Positions 17,908-28,661 of a DNA stretch of 34,845 nt are shown in pieces. The notes under the pieces were generated by a model. That model made no database searches and was not told the origin of the DNA. It was given only the letters and a program-made list of their open reading frames with translations. Numbering within the stretch: position 1 is the first letter of the stretch; each line of letters begins with the position of its first letter. This DNA comes from Holosporales bacterium (lineage in GTDB: Bacteria; Pseudomonadota; Alphaproteobacteria; UBA3830; JAIRMZ01): the NCBI GenBank assembly GCA_031279495.1, contig JAITIJ010000067.1:1-34845 (forward strand), in the 5' to 3' direction. Position numbers and translations under genes: made by a program.

Positions 17908-17931
17908 AAGAAAATCTAGAGAATTAAGGAG

Positions 17932-20900
17932 GTGAAGTTGGCTGAGCGATCATTCACAGAGAGGAAGCGGTTTCGGAAAAGTTTCGGCAAAATAACCGAA
18001 ACCCTTGCACTTCCTGATCTTATAGAGTTGCAGCGTTCGTCTTATGAGGCTTTTTTGCAGCTCAAAGTTTTGCCTGCAGAACGCACCTCATCTGGATTGC
18101 AAGGAGTCTTTGCAGCAGCATTTCCAGTTAAGGATTTCTCAGGACATGCGCAAGTTGACTTCTGCTATTACGAATTCGATGAGACTAAATACGACGAGGA
18201 GGAATGCCGTCAGAAAGGCCTTACGTATGCAGCTCCTCTGCGCACTACTTTTCGCCTAATCGTTTGGGATGTCGACGACGATACAGGAGCAAAAACAATC
18301 CGCGACATCAAAGAACAAGCGGTCTACATGGGTGATATGCCACTTATGACACGCAGCGGAACGTTTATTGTCAATGGCATTGAACGCGTCGTCGTCTCGC
18401 AGATGCAGCGCTCCCCCGGTGTTTCTTTTGATCACGACAAAGGTAAAACACATTCCTCAGGAAAATTACTCTTTTCAGCTCATATTGTGCCGTACCGAGG
18501 CTCATGGCTCGATTTTGAGTTCGACGCCAAAGATCACCTTTATGTTCGCATAGATCGCAAGCGCAAAGTTTTGGCAACGACATTCCTCATGGCTCTTGAT
18601 AGTGCGCAAACAGAAGCACTCCGTATTGAGCGCGAAAAAGACGGTAAAGCTGTTAAATATTCTGAGGTCACAGGCATGTCACGCGAAGAGATTTTGCGTG
18701 CTTTCTATAATGTCGTGATTTACTCTAAGACAAAAAAAGGAGATTGGCAGCGCGCTTACACGCCTGCGGAATGGCAATCAGTTAAGATCTCGCGAGATTT
18801 GGTCGATGCAAGCTCTGGACAGGTTATCGCGAAAGCGGGAACAAAATTCACGAGCCGTTTGGCCCAAAAATTATACGACGAAGGGCTTCGCAAGGTTCGC
18901 ATTCTACCAGAAGAACTGGTCGGCGCGTATGTCGCTGATGATTTTATCGACGAATCCAACGGCCTTGTGCTTATTGATGCGGGAGCGGAACTGACAGAAG
19001 AGCTTCTCCATGTTTTCGAAGAAAATGGAGGGAAAGAGCTTGCAACCCTTGCAATTGATCGCCTTAACACAGGTGCGTATATACGCGATACGCTTAATAT
19101 AGATAAAAATAATTCTCGCGAAGAAGCTTTGTTCGAAATATATCGTGTACTCCGTCCGGGAGAGCCACCCACTGTTGATGGTGCGGCCGAACTCTTTCGC
19201 AGTCTTTTTTTTGATCAAGAGCGTTATGATCTGTCTGCGGTTGGACGTGTAAAGCTAAATGTTCGCCTTGAGAAAGACACGCAAGATGATTTGCGGACCC
19301 TTACAAAAGACGACGTCTTGAGGATTCTTAAAATACTGCATGAGTTAAAAGACGGGCGTGGAGAAATCGATGATATCGACAACTTGGGCAATCGTCGTGT
19401 TCGTTCAGTCGGGGAACTACTTGAAAATCAGTTCCGGATAGGGCTCTCTCGAATGGAACGTTCTATTCGAGAGCGCATGGGGTCTCCTGATGTTGGAAAC
19501 GCGATGCCTAACGATATTATCAACGCGAAACCTGTCAGCGTTGCCATCCGCGAGTTTTTTACTTCTTCGCAGTTGTCTCAATTTATGGATCAGACTAATC
19601 CATTAGCTGAGATTACTCACAAACGACGATTGTCTGCGTTAGGGTCCGGAGGACTAACTCGCGAGCGAGCTGGGTTCGAGGTGCGCGATGTGCACCCCAC
19701 GCACTACGGCCGTATTTGCCCGATTGAGACACCAGAAGGTCCTAACATCGGTTTGATCAACTCTTTGGCAACTTTCGCACGCGTTAATAAATATGGGTTC
19801 ATTGAGTCTCCGTATCGCAAAGTTGTCAATGGTCGCGTTACAGATGAGATCATATATCTTTCTGCTATGGAGGAAGCGCGACATACCATTGCGCAAGCTA
19901 ATGCTGCACAAGATGCTAAGGGCTGTTTTACTGATGAATTCGTCATTTGTCGCCAGAAGGGAGAAACGATTAATGCGCCGCGCGATGCGATCACTCTAGT
20001 CGATGTTTCTACTAAGCAAGTTGTTTCTGTTGCCGCCTCTCTCATTCCATTTCTTGAAAACGATGACACAAGCCGAGCTTTAATGGGGTCCAACATGCAG
20101 CGCCAATCTGTCTCGCTGTTGCGCACAGAGGCACCATTAGTTGGTACCGGCATGGAGAGTGTTGTTGCGCGTGATTCTGGGGTTGTTGTGGTTGCTAAAC
20201 GCGATGGTGTGGTGGACCAAGTAGATGCGCAACGCATCGTGGTCCGCACCTTTGAGGAATCGGATGACACAACTGTCGGTGTTGATATCTATAATCTGCG
20301 GAAATTCGAGCGTTCGAATCAAAGTACGTGTATTAACCAAAAGCCGCTTGTGCGTTGCGGAGATACCGTCAAGGCGGGTGACATTATTGCCGATGGTCCT
20401 TCTACACAACTTGGAGAGCTTGCTCTTGGACAAAATATGTTAGTTGCATTCATGTTGTGGAACGGCTACGGCTTTGAAGATGCGATTCTTCTCTCAGAGC
20501 GTGTTGTGCGCGATGACCTATTTACTTCTATCCACATTGAGGAATTCGAAGTCATGGCACGTGACACGAAGCTCGGCAACGAAGAGATTACACGTGATGT
20601 GCCCAATGTTGGCGATGAAGGGCTGCGTCATCTTGATGAAGCCGGGATTGTGCATGTCGGTGCCGAGGTTCAAGCTGGAGATATCCTGGTCGGCAAAGTA
20701 ACTCCCAAAGGCGAGTCACCGATGACCCCGGAAGAAAAGCTTCTTCGCGCAATTTTTGGTGAACGTGCTTCAGATGTACGCGATTCCTCGCTGCGTATCC
20801 CGCCAGGAGTCTATGGCACCGTTGTCGATGTGAAGGTCTTCACACGTCGCGGAGTTGAAAAGGACGAGCGCGCTTTAGCAGTCGAGAAAGCAGAAATCGA

Positions 20901-22188
20901 TGCACTGACAAAAGATTGTGATGCTGAGCGCAGTATTCTAGAACGCAGTTTTTATGCACAAATGGAAAAGTTGTTAATCGGCCAAATCGTTGCCAATGGT
21001 CCGAAAGGAGTTACTGCTGGTAGTAAAATAAACGCCAGTGTCCTAGCAGGGCTCTCAAAAGGTCAATGGCGTCAAATCGTCGTTGAAGATGCTAAAGTTA
21101 TGCTTAGAATAGAGGATCTGCAAAAACGGTTTGATAAAGGTGTGGAGCATCTGCGCAGGTGGTTTGACAACAAGGTCGAGAAGGTCCGGCGTGGAGATGA
21201 TTTGATGCCCGGCGTTCTTAAAATGGTCAAGGTCTTTGTCGCAGTGAAGCGAAAGATTCAACCGGGGGACAAAGTTGCGGGTCGACACGGAAACAAGGGT
21301 GTTGTTTCGCGCATCTTGCCAATTGAAGATATGCCGCATCTCGAAGATGGTACTCCTGTGGACATAGTGCTGAATCCGTTAGGCGTGCCCTCTCGTATGA
21401 ACATCGGGCAAATTCTGGAGACGCATCTTGGATGGGCCTCACATGCCCTTGGAGAGCGCGTACGCTCAATTCTATCCAATATGGGCAGTGCCAAAAAAGA
21501 TATAGGAGCCTTACGTCAAGAGCTTAAAGAGATTTTTGGCTCATCTGAAGATTGTACAGATATCGATGCATTGGGTGATTACGAAATGGTCGAGCTTGCT
21601 ACGCATCTAACGCGTGGCATTCCTATGGCAACCCCTGTGTTTGATGGCGCGCATGAGGACGACATCGTCGAGCATCTTAAAAAAGCTGGGCTGGATCCCT
21701 CTGGCCAAGTTACACTCTACGACGGTCGAACTGGAGAACCCTTCGATCGCAAGGTGACTGTGGGCTATATTTATATGTTAAAACTCGATCATATGATCGA
21801 TGATAAATTGCACGCGCGTTCTATCGGTCCTTACAGCCTTGTGACGCAACAACCATTGGGGGGCAAGGCGCAGTTTGGTGGTCAACGATTCGGAGAGATG
21901 GAAGTTTGGGCGCTGCAGGCTTATGGTGCTTCTTACACATTGCAGGAAATGTTGACAGTGAAGTCTGACGATATCACAGGTCGCATCAAGGCTTATGAAG
22001 CTATTGTACGGGGGGATGAGAATATTGAGTGTGGTATTCCGGAATCTTTTCGGGTTCTTGTCAAGGAACTGCATTCTCTAGCACTAAATGTCGAGTTCCA
22101 TCAACATACATTGCCAGAAGCGGAAAAATCCTCGGAACCAACCCCTGAATCTGTTTTTGGAAACGCACCAGCAGAGCAGCACATTTAG
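17932..22188 (+). CDS. rpoB: RNA polymerase beta subunit
   Basis: [41 protein letters not shown]; AAGGAG upstream of GTG. Confidence 0.99.
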   Translation: MKLAERSFTERKRFRKSFGKITETLALPDLIELQRSSYEAFLQLKVLPAERTSSGLQGVFAAAFPVKDFSGHAQVDFCYYEFDETKYDEEECRQKGLTYAAPLRTTFRLIVWDVDDDTGAKTIRDIKEQAVYMGDMPLMTRSGTFIVNGIERVVVSQMQRSPGVSFDHDKGKTHSSGKLLFSAHIVPYRGSWLDFEFDAKDHLYVRIDRKRKVLATTFLMALDSAQTEALRIEREKDGKAVKYSEVTGMSREEILRAFYNVVIYSKTKKGDWQRAYTPAEWQSVKISRDLVDASSGQVIAKAGTKFTSRLAQKLYDEGLRKVRILPEELVGAYVADDFIDESNGLVLIDAGAELTEELLHVFEENGGKELATLAIDRLNTGAYIRDTLNIDKNNSREEALFEIYRVLRPGEPPTVDGAAELFRSLFFDQERYDLSAVGRVKLNVRLEKDTQDDLRTLTKDDVLRILKILHELKDGRGEIDDIDNLGNRRVRSVGELLENQFRIGLSRMERSIRERMGSPDVGNAMPNDIINAKPVSVAIREFFTSSQLSQFMDQTNPLAEITHKRRLSALGSGGLTRERAGFEVRDVHPTHYGRICPIETPEGPNIGLINSLATFARVNKYGFIESPYRKVVNGRVTDEIIYLSAMEEARHTIAQANAAQDAKGCFTDEFVICRQKGETINAPRDAITLVDVSTKQVVSVAASLIPFLENDDTSRALMGSNMQRQSVSLLRTEAPLVGTGMESVVARDSGVVVVAKRDGVVDQVDAQRIVVRTFEESDDTTVGVDIYNLRKFERSNQSTCINQKPLVRCGDTVKAGDIIADGPSTQLGELALGQNMLVAFMLWNGYGFEDAILLSERVVRDDLFTSIHIEEFEVMARDTKLGNEEITRDVPNVGDEGLRHLDEAGIVHVGAEVQAGDILVGKVTPKGESPMTPEEKLLRAIFGERASDVRDSSLRIPPGVYGTVVDVKVFTRRGVEKDERALAVEKAEIDALTKDCDAERSILERSFYAQMEKLLIGQIVANGPKGVTAGSKINASVLAGLSKGQWRQIVVEDAKVMLRIEDLQKRFDKGVEHLRRWFDNKVEKVRRGDDLMPGVLKMVKVFVAVKRKIQPGDKVAGRHGNKGVVSRILPIEDMPHLEDGTPVDIVLNPLGVPSRMNIGQILETHLGWASHALGERVRSILSNMGSAKKDIGALRQELKEIFGSSEDCTDIDALGDYEMVELATHLTRGIPMATPVFDGAHEDDIVEHLKKAGLDPSGQVTLYDGRTGEPFDRKVTVGYIYMLKLDHMIDDKLHARSIGPYSLVTQQPLGGKAQFGGQRFGEMEVWALQAYGASYTLQEMLTVKSDDITGRIKAYEAIVRGDENIECGIPESFRVLVKELHSLALNVEFHQHTLPEAEKSSEPTPESVFGNAPAEQHI

Positions 22189-22203
22189 GAAAGGAGCACA
22201 GAA

Positions 22204-25200
22204 ATGGTAGATCGATTCCAGCGGATTTTTGGTCAAGCAGCCAATCCTGATGATTTTGATGCCATTCGGATTTCTCTCGCAAGTCCAGAGAGAATTCGCT
22301 CTTGGTCTTTCGGTGAAGTGAAAAAACCAGAAACGATTAACTACCGTACGTTCAAACCCGAACGTGACGGATTGTTTTGTGCGCGCATTTTTGGCCCGAC
22401 GAAGGACTACGAGTGCCTTTGTGGCAAATATAAACGCATGAAATATCGTGGTGTGGTATGCGAAAAATGTGGCGTTGAGGTGACGCTTTCAAAGGTTAGG
22501 CGCGAACGTATGGGGCATATCGAACTCGCTGCTCCTGTTGCCCATATTTGGTTCACGAAATCTGTACCCAGCCGAGTTGCTCTGCTGCTTGATATGCCTA
22601 TGCAAGATATGGAGCGTGTCCTGTATTTCGAGAACTTCGTCGTAACCGAGCCAGGTTTAACACCATTTAGTCTTTATCAGCTTCTGACAGAAGATGAATA
22701 CTTACGAGCGCAAGATGAATACGGTGAAGACGCTTTCAGCGCCAGCATCGGTGCAGAGGCGCTACGAACGATGCTGCTTTCTTTGGATCTTAACGAAACT
22801 GCTGCTCACCTACGCACAGAGCTGGTGGAAACTAATTCCGAAATGCGACGTCGGCGCATTGTTAAGCGCTTGAAACTCGTTGAGTCGTTTTTGCAGTCGC
22901 ATTCTCGTCCGGAATGGATGATTCTCAGCTGTATTCCTGTTATTCCACCAGAATTACGACCTCTTGTACCTCTTGATGGTGGGCGATTTGCCACGTCTGA
23001 TCTTAACGATTTGTACCGACGTGTTATTAACCGCAATAACCGTCTTAAGCGTTTGATCGAGCTCCGTGCTCCCGATATCATCGTTCGCAACGAGAAGAGA
23101 ATGTTGCAAGAATCCGTCGATGCTCTGTTCGACAATGGACGCCGCGGCAGGGTTATCACAGGAACCAATCGACGGCCACTTAAGTCTTTATCGGATATGC
23201 TCAAAGGGAAGCAAGGGCGATTCCGCCAGAACCTACTCGGAAAGCGCGTCGACTATTCCGGCCGCAGTGTCATCGTTGTAGGCCCGAAACTTAAATTACA
23301 TCAATGCGGTTTGCCGAAGCGCATGGCGTTGGAGCTTTTTAAGCCTTTTGTTTATTCGCGCTTAGAACGCTACGGACTTGCGAGCACGCTAAAAGCTGCT
23401 AAGCGTATGGTAGAAAAAGAGCATCCTGGTGTTTGGGATGTCTTAGAAGAAGTTATTCGCGAGCATCCGGTCTTATTGAACCGCGCTCCGACTCTACATA
23501 GGCTGGGCATCCAAGCTTTTGAGCCGATGCTTATCGAGGGGAAAGCCATTCAGCTCCATCCGCTGGTTTGTACTGCTTTCGGTGCTGACTTTGATGGCGA
23601 CCAAATGGCAGTTCACGTACCACTTTCGTTAGAAGCGCAGCTAGAAGCGCGCGTCCTGATGATGTCGACGAATAATATTCTTAGTCCTGCAAACGGTCGA
23701 CCGATTATTGTGCCAACCAAAGATGTTGTGTTGGGTCTCTATTACCTTACTAGCGAACGTGAGAAAGCGCTGGGAGAAGGCATGGTGTTCAGTTCCATTG
23801 GCGAAATTGAGCACGCCTTGCATGAAAGAGCCGTCAGTTTGCAAGCGCGCATCGCAGCTCGTTGCGAGGAGTATCAGCCAGATGGCTCAATTAAACGTGT
23901 GCGCGTTCAGACGACTCCTGGTCGCATGCTGTTGTCCACAATTATGCCGAAAGGGCCGCATATTCCATTCCGCGCCATCAATAGGCAACTCACCAGCAAG
24001 GACGTAATAGGGCTCGTTGGACAGGTCTATCAGCATTATGGTCAGAAAGAGACCGTTCTTTTTGCTGATCATATGGTTCAACTTAGCTTTAAGGCCGTGA
24101 CAGAGTCTGGAATCTCATTCGGCAAAGATGACCTAGTCATTCCGCAAGAAAAGCAGAAGATCATCGCTAAAACGCGCGCAAAAGTAGCCGAATATGAGCA
24201 GCAATATCTAGATGGTCTAATTACACAAGGCGAAAAATACAACAAAGTGGTTGATGCATGGACACAATGCAACGAGGCGGTGTCAGAAGTTATGATGAAG
24301 CGCATTTCTACGGTTAAGCCAGGGGAATACGAGAACGCGATCTACACGATGGCACACTCTGGAGCCCGTGGTTCAGCTACTCAAATGCGGCAAATCATCG
24401 GTATGCGTGGTTTGATGGCTAAATCCTCAGGTCAGATCGTTGAAACTCCAATTACCTCTAATTTCAAAGAGGGATTAACGGTGCTTGAATACTTCACCTC
24501 TGCCCACGGTGCTCGTAAAGGTCTTGCAGATACAGCGCTAAAAACAGCGAATTCTGGATATTTGACACGGCGCTTGGTTGATGTGGCGCTGGATTGTGTC
24601 GTTTCCATCGAAGATTGCGGAACATCGCATGGCATTACCTTGAAAGAGGTAATGGAAGACGGAGAAATCACCGTTCCTTTGTCGGTGCGGGCTTTGGGCC
24701 GTACGGTTGCAGAGGATATCGTGGACAGAACCACAGAAAAAGTGATCATCACGCGAGACACCATGATCGACGAGGCATTATTGCCAGTTCTTGAGGCTGC
24801 TGGAATCACTGAGATCAAGGTCCGATCTGCTTTAACCTGCGAAGCCAAGATTGGGGTCTGCGCTAAATGTTATGGACGTGATTTGGCCAAAAGCCGTCCG
24901 GTTAATGTCGGAGAAGCTGTTGGCGTTATTGCGGCACAGTCGATTGGTGAGCCTGGAACGCAGTTGACTCTACACACTTTCCACGTCGGAGGTGCGGCGC
25001 AAGGTAGCTCAAAACAATCCTCTACTGAAGCTTCTCTAGATGCGACTGTCTCTATTCGCAATCGGAATGTGGTAGAAGACACCTCCGGTCGCAAGATTGT
25101 AATGGGACGTCATGTGGAGGTTGTCTTGAAAGATGCCCGCGGACGTGAACGCGCGAGCTATAAACCGCCATATGGCGCCACCTTGCGCGTGGATGATGAC

Positions 25201-26340
25201 GACAAGGTGACTAAGGGGCAATGCTTAGCAGAATGGGATCCGTATACGCTACCGCTTATTGCAGAGCGCGGTGGACGTGCGCAGTTTCTAGACCTCATTG
25301 AAGGAGTTTCTTTACGCGAGGCGACAGATGAAACGACAGGTATCACCACGCGCGTTGTAATGGATTGGCGTCAGCAAGCACATACCGCAGATCTTAGACC
25401 GCGTATTGTGTTGTGTGATGAAAGCGGAGCACCGCTTACTCTCGCGAATGGTCAAGAGATCCGGTATTTCTTGGCGGCGGATGCGACACTAAATGTCAAC
25501 AATGGAGACGAGATTCATGTTGGTGATGTTCTTGCACGCATTCCACAAGAGGCTAGCAAAACACGCGATATCACAGGCGGTTTGCCACGTGTCTCTGAGC
25601 TTTTTGAGGCGCGGAAACCAAAAGATTGTGCGGTGATCAGCGAATATGATGGTCATATTGAGTTCGGCAAAGACTATAAAGGCAAGCGCCGTATTATCCT
25701 ACGGCCACATGACGAATCTTTGCCTCCGGTCGAATATCTTGCCCCCAAATGGCGCTATGTTGCGGTGCAGGAAGGCGATGTTGTGAGCAAAGGAGAAGTC
25801 TTGATTGATGGCAATCCTGTTCCGCATGATATTTTGCAAGTTCTTGGCGTAGAAGCGCTTGCAGATCACTTGGTCAACGAGATCCAAGCCGTCTATCGGC
25901 TTCAGGGTGTTAAAATCGACGACAAACACATCGAGATCATCGTATGCCAGATGCTGCAAAAAGTTGAGGTCACCGACCCAGGTGACACGATGCTGCTAAA
26001 TGGCGAAACGGTTGATCATGATGAATTCGAGGAGATGAACGAGCATATTCGTCAACGCGGTGGCAAATTGGCGAAAGCAAAACCCATCTTGCAAGGAATT
26101 ACCAAGGCGTCCTTGCAGACTAAGTCCTTCCTTTCTGCAGCTGCGTTCCAAGAAACAACGCGTGTGCTGGCCGAAGTGGCTGTTAGCAGCAAATCAGATC
26201 ATTTGGCCGGCCTCAAGGAGAACGTTATCGTTGGCCGCTTGATTCCTGTTGGAACAGGGGCTTCTATCGCGCGGTACAAGTCTATGGCTGCCCTTCGAGA
26301 CACGGAATCTCTCAGCAAAGAAAGGGCAGCTGTTGCTTAA
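22204..26340 (+). CDS. rpoC: RNA polymerase beta' subunit
   Basis: Zn finger, [21 protein letters not shown], bridge helix [14 protein letters not shown], trigger loop [11 protein letters not shown]. Confidence 0.99.
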   Translation: MVDRFQRIFGQAANPDDFDAIRISLASPERIRSWSFGEVKKPETINYRTFKPERDGLFCARIFGPTKDYECLCGKYKRMKYRGVVCEKCGVEVTLSKVRRERMGHIELAAPVAHIWFTKSVPSRVALLLDMPMQDMERVLYFENFVVTEPGLTPFSLYQLLTEDEYLRAQDEYGEDAFSASIGAEALRTMLLSLDLNETAAHLRTELVETNSEMRRRRIVKRLKLVESFLQSHSRPEWMILSCIPVIPPELRPLVPLDGGRFATSDLNDLYRRVINRNNRLKRLIELRAPDIIVRNEKRMLQESVDALFDNGRRGRVITGTNRRPLKSLSDMLKGKQGRFRQNLLGKRVDYSGRSVIVVGPKLKLHQCGLPKRMALELFKPFVYSRLERYGLASTLKAAKRMVEKEHPGVWDVLEEVIREHPVLLNRAPTLHRLGIQAFEPMLIEGKAIQLHPLVCTAFGADFDGDQMAVHVPLSLEAQLEARVLMMSTNNILSPANGRPIIVPTKDVVLGLYYLTSEREKALGEGMVFSSIGEIEHALHERAVSLQARIAARCEEYQPDGSIKRVRVQTTPGRMLLSTIMPKGPHIPFRAINRQLTSKDVIGLVGQVYQHYGQKETVLFADHMVQLSFKAVTESGISFGKDDLVIPQEKQKIIAKTRAKVAEYEQQYLDGLITQGEKYNKVVDAWTQCNEAVSEVMMKRISTVKPGEYENAIYTMAHSGARGSATQMRQIIGMRGLMAKSSGQIVETPITSNFKEGLTVLEYFTSAHGARKGLADTALKTANSGYLTRRLVDVALDCVVSIEDCGTSHGITLKEVMEDGEITVPLSVRALGRTVAEDIVDRTTEKVIITRDTMIDEALLPVLEAAGITEIKVRSALTCEAKIGVCAKCYGRDLAKSRPVNVGEAVGVIAAQSIGEPGTQLTLHTFHVGGAAQGSSKQSSTEASLDATVSIRNRNVVEDTSGRKIVMGRHVEVVLKDARGRERASYKPPYGATLRVDDDDKVTKGQCLAEWDPYTLPLIAERGGRAQFLDLIEGVSLREATDETTGITTRVVMDWRQQAHTADLRPRIVLCDESGAPLTLANGQEIRYFLAADATLNVNNGDEIHVGDVLARIPQEASKTRDITGGLPRVSELFEARKPKDCAVISEYDGHIEFGKDYKGKRRIILRPHDESLPPVEYLAPKWRYVAVQEGDVVSKGEVLIDGNPVPHDILQVLGVEALADHLVNEIQAVYRLQGVKIDDKHIEIIVCQMLQKVEVTDPGDTMLLNGETVDHDEFEEMNEHIRQRGGKLAKAKPILQGITKASLQTKSFLSAAAFQETTRVLAEVAVSSKSDHLAGLKENVIVGRLIPVGTGASIARYKSMAALRDTESLSKERAAVA

Positions 26341-26903
26341 GAAGAGGCAGCAGTCGAGAGAATGAGAAAAAATGGAAAGAAGTGCGCAAAGGGTGTGTGG
26401 TGGAATTCTCAATGACCCGTTCTTTGGTCGGTTTTTTTACTTGGGAAGCGTGAGCACATCTGAGGTGCAATCTGAAACATAACTTCGGTTAGACGAGAAG
26501 AACTTTCGTAATAATATCAAGACTATTTGGAATCGCGTTGCAGACCCTGTTTCAGAGCACGCAATGTCATCTAGTCGGCTAACAAAATTCCTGAGAATGA
26601 AAGCGGATTGCTATTTAATTGTACATTTAGCAAACAATGGGTAGGAGCATCGCACACATTAAAGGGAATGAGTCTCCTTTTTTTTCACTGCAACTCTCTT
26701 GCCTCATTTGACATGCGGTCTAGCGTTATTTCCTTTTAGATGAGGCGCGAAAGATGTCTCATAAGACTTGGCTATGACAAGTTAGAGTCTACAGTTTTTC
26801 TAGTTTCTGCACGAGCTTTTAAAGAAAAGACGAAATACGGAAAGCTCGTTTCTGTATAGAGAATGGGGCCTCTGTGAAGGCAATGGCCCATTGTTTAGAA
26901 GGT

Positions 26904-27113
26904 TTATAGAGCTGCTTGAACCTGGCGCGTCAGCTCGACCAATTCTGGATCTTGGATGCCATGCTCGATCACAACCTTTGCTGCGGTTTGACGTGTTTCA
27001 GGATCTGGATTCTCTAATTGTTCTCGCAAAACATCCGTCGGTGGATGCATCGCTTCTGCATAAAAAGTTGCCAGTGCGGCGATTGATGTTAGTAGTTTAC
27101 AAGTGTTGTTCAT
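26904..27113 (-). CDS. Small exported protein with one HEAT-like repeat
   Basis: MNNTCKLLTSIAALATFYAEA signal peptide (AEA cleavage motif); LREQLENPDPETRQTAA HEAT-like motif; GGAG SD and consensus promoter upstream. Confidence 0.7.
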   Translation of the reverse strand: MNNTCKLLTSIAALATFYAEAMHPPTDVLREQLENPDPETRQTAAKVVIEHGIQDPELVELTRQVQAAL

Positions 27114-27143
27114 TTTCACTCTCCATTTTTTGAACATGAGGGA

Positions 27144-27174
27144 AGTATATCACGTCCCCCCCCCTATTTGTCAA
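27144..27174 (-). promoter_or_regulatory. sigma70 promoter with poly-G9 in the spacer
   Basis: Minus strand TTGACA-aata-GGGGGGGGG-acgTGa-TATACT (19-nt spacer, extended -10 TGn). Confidence 0.75.
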
Positions 27175-27445
27175 GTTTCTGGAGAAGGTTTTTGCAATCT
27201 TATTGCCTCTTCTTGAAGTTGTTGCACAACCGACCTGCTGCACAGAAACAAGTAAGGCAAGAAAAGAAGGGAGGGGGTGAGCTTTGATTTTGTTTTGCTT
27301 GCAACGTAATTGAACGAATGGGAAGAGCATACGAGTCTTTCTGAATGGAATAGAGAATCTTCTTACTCCGTCCATTCACCTCTCACAACAAGTCCAATCT
27401 CATACAAATCCCCACTCCCCAGTATACCCAGTTCTCTTGCAGGAA

Positions 27446-27474
27446 TTGACACCAAGGAGATCACTCGATACAAC
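27446..27474 (+). promoter_or_regulatory. sigma70-type promoter of tRNA-Ser
   Basis: TTGACA-N17-TACAAC ending 8 nt before the tRNA. Confidence 0.65.
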
Positions 27475-27482
27475 CGACGCCA

Positions 27483-27573
27483 GGATGGGTGGCCGAGCGG
27501 TCGAAGGCGCACGCCTGGAAAGTGTGTATGCGGTTCTCCCGCATCGTGGGTTCGAATCCCACCCCATCCGCCA
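27483..27573 (+). tRNA. tRNA-Ser, anticodon GGA
   Basis: GGATGGG/CCCATCC acceptor stem, CACGC-CT-GGA-AA-GTGTG anticodon arm, long variable arm, TTCGAAT, G73, CCA. Confidence 0.97.
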
Positions 27574-27933
27574 GAAAACGCTTTTCTAAGCAGATTCTTA
27601 TCAAAAAATCGCAACCTCTATCCTTTGAGGATTATCAGAAATGTTTTCATCTATGGTGGTTTCAGAAAAACAAAGACCAACGATCCTGCAGAGTTCTTAT
27701 GGCGCGTCATGACCTTTTAAAAGACTCGTTCCATTCTCTTCAGTATTAAGTCCTCCGCAAAAGTAGAGGAGAAAGAGAATATAAAGGAATTGCTTGTCTT
27801 CTCAGCAAGGCCCTATCAGTCTTCTTTTGTTGGTAAAACTCTACATGTGCTACTTTAATTGATGGACCAACTTCGCTGCCTTGTTGTATCCTTTGTTTAT
27901 TCAGTAAAGGCTCACTATTCTTCGCAGCAAACA

Positions 27934-28617
27934 CTACAGATTCCACAGAGATTCTTTCATGCCTGCGCAAAAAGCTTTGTGCGCAACGATTTCTTCTTGA
28001 GTTGGTGCAAATACCCGGTGTGGATATTTCTTAACAAAAGCAGTACCAGCAACTTTTTGCTGATTTGAGCTTTCAAGAGCAAGCCCTGCTTGTTTGCCAC
28101 CCATAAGATACAGGTACACTTCGGCTAGCAACGTGCAGTCTAACAAAGCCCCGTGTAAGGTGCGCTGCGAGCTATCCACGTTAAAACGCCGACACAACGC
28201 ATCTAGACTCGCAGGTGCTCCAGGAAACAGGCGGCGCGCCAAAGAAAGCGTATCGATAACACGATCGGTTCTTAACGGCGGCTTATCAAGACGTGCGAGC
28301 TCTGCATTTAAAAATCTTATATCGAATGAAGCGTTGTGAATAACCAGTTGATCTTCAGCAATAAAATCCAGAAAATCCTCAGCAATCTGCTCAAATAAAG
28401 GAAAGTCCTTCAGAAAAGCGTACGTCAAACCTGTGACAGCCGAGGCCTCAGGATGCACTTCTCGCTGTGGATTAATGTATGTATGGAACGTTCTTCCTGT
28501 TGGCACAAAGTTATAAATCTCCACACAGCCGATTTCTACAACGCGATCCCCGTTCTTTGAGTCTAAGCCTGTTGTTTCTGTATCTAAAACAATTTTCCTA
28601 TGCACATTAACACTCAC
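27934..28617 (-). CDS. dnaQ: DNA polymerase III epsilon subunit
   Basis: LDTETTGL, HNASFD, HGALLD, GGKQAGL. Confidence 0.97.
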   Translation of the reverse strand: MSVNVHRKIVLDTETTGLDSKNGDRVVEIGCVEIYNFVPTGRTFHTYINPQREVHPEASAVTGLTYAFLKDFPLFEQIAEDFLDFIAEDQLVIHNASFDIRFLNAELARLDKPPLRTDRVIDTLSLARRLFPGAPASLDALCRRFNVDSSQRTLHGALLDCTLLAEVYLYLMGGKQAGLALESSNQQKVAGTAFVKKYPHRVFAPTQEEIVAHKAFCAGMKESLWNL

Positions 28618-28661
28618 GCAACACTCTTCTTATAATCTAATAGCAGATATAAGGAGAAACA

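Noticed and set aside
19550-19660. Classical rifampicin-resistance substitutions
   Set aside because: Residues equivalent to Q513, D516, H526 and S531 are wild type.
26341-26900. Pseudogene or terminator downstream of rpoC
   Set aside because: Short frames match no family I recognise; the GACC/GGTC hairpin before the T-run (about 26413-26438) is too weak to call.
27310-27749. ORFs of 136, 83 and 86 aa
   Set aside because: They span tRNA-Ser and its promoter; artefacts of translating the tRNA.
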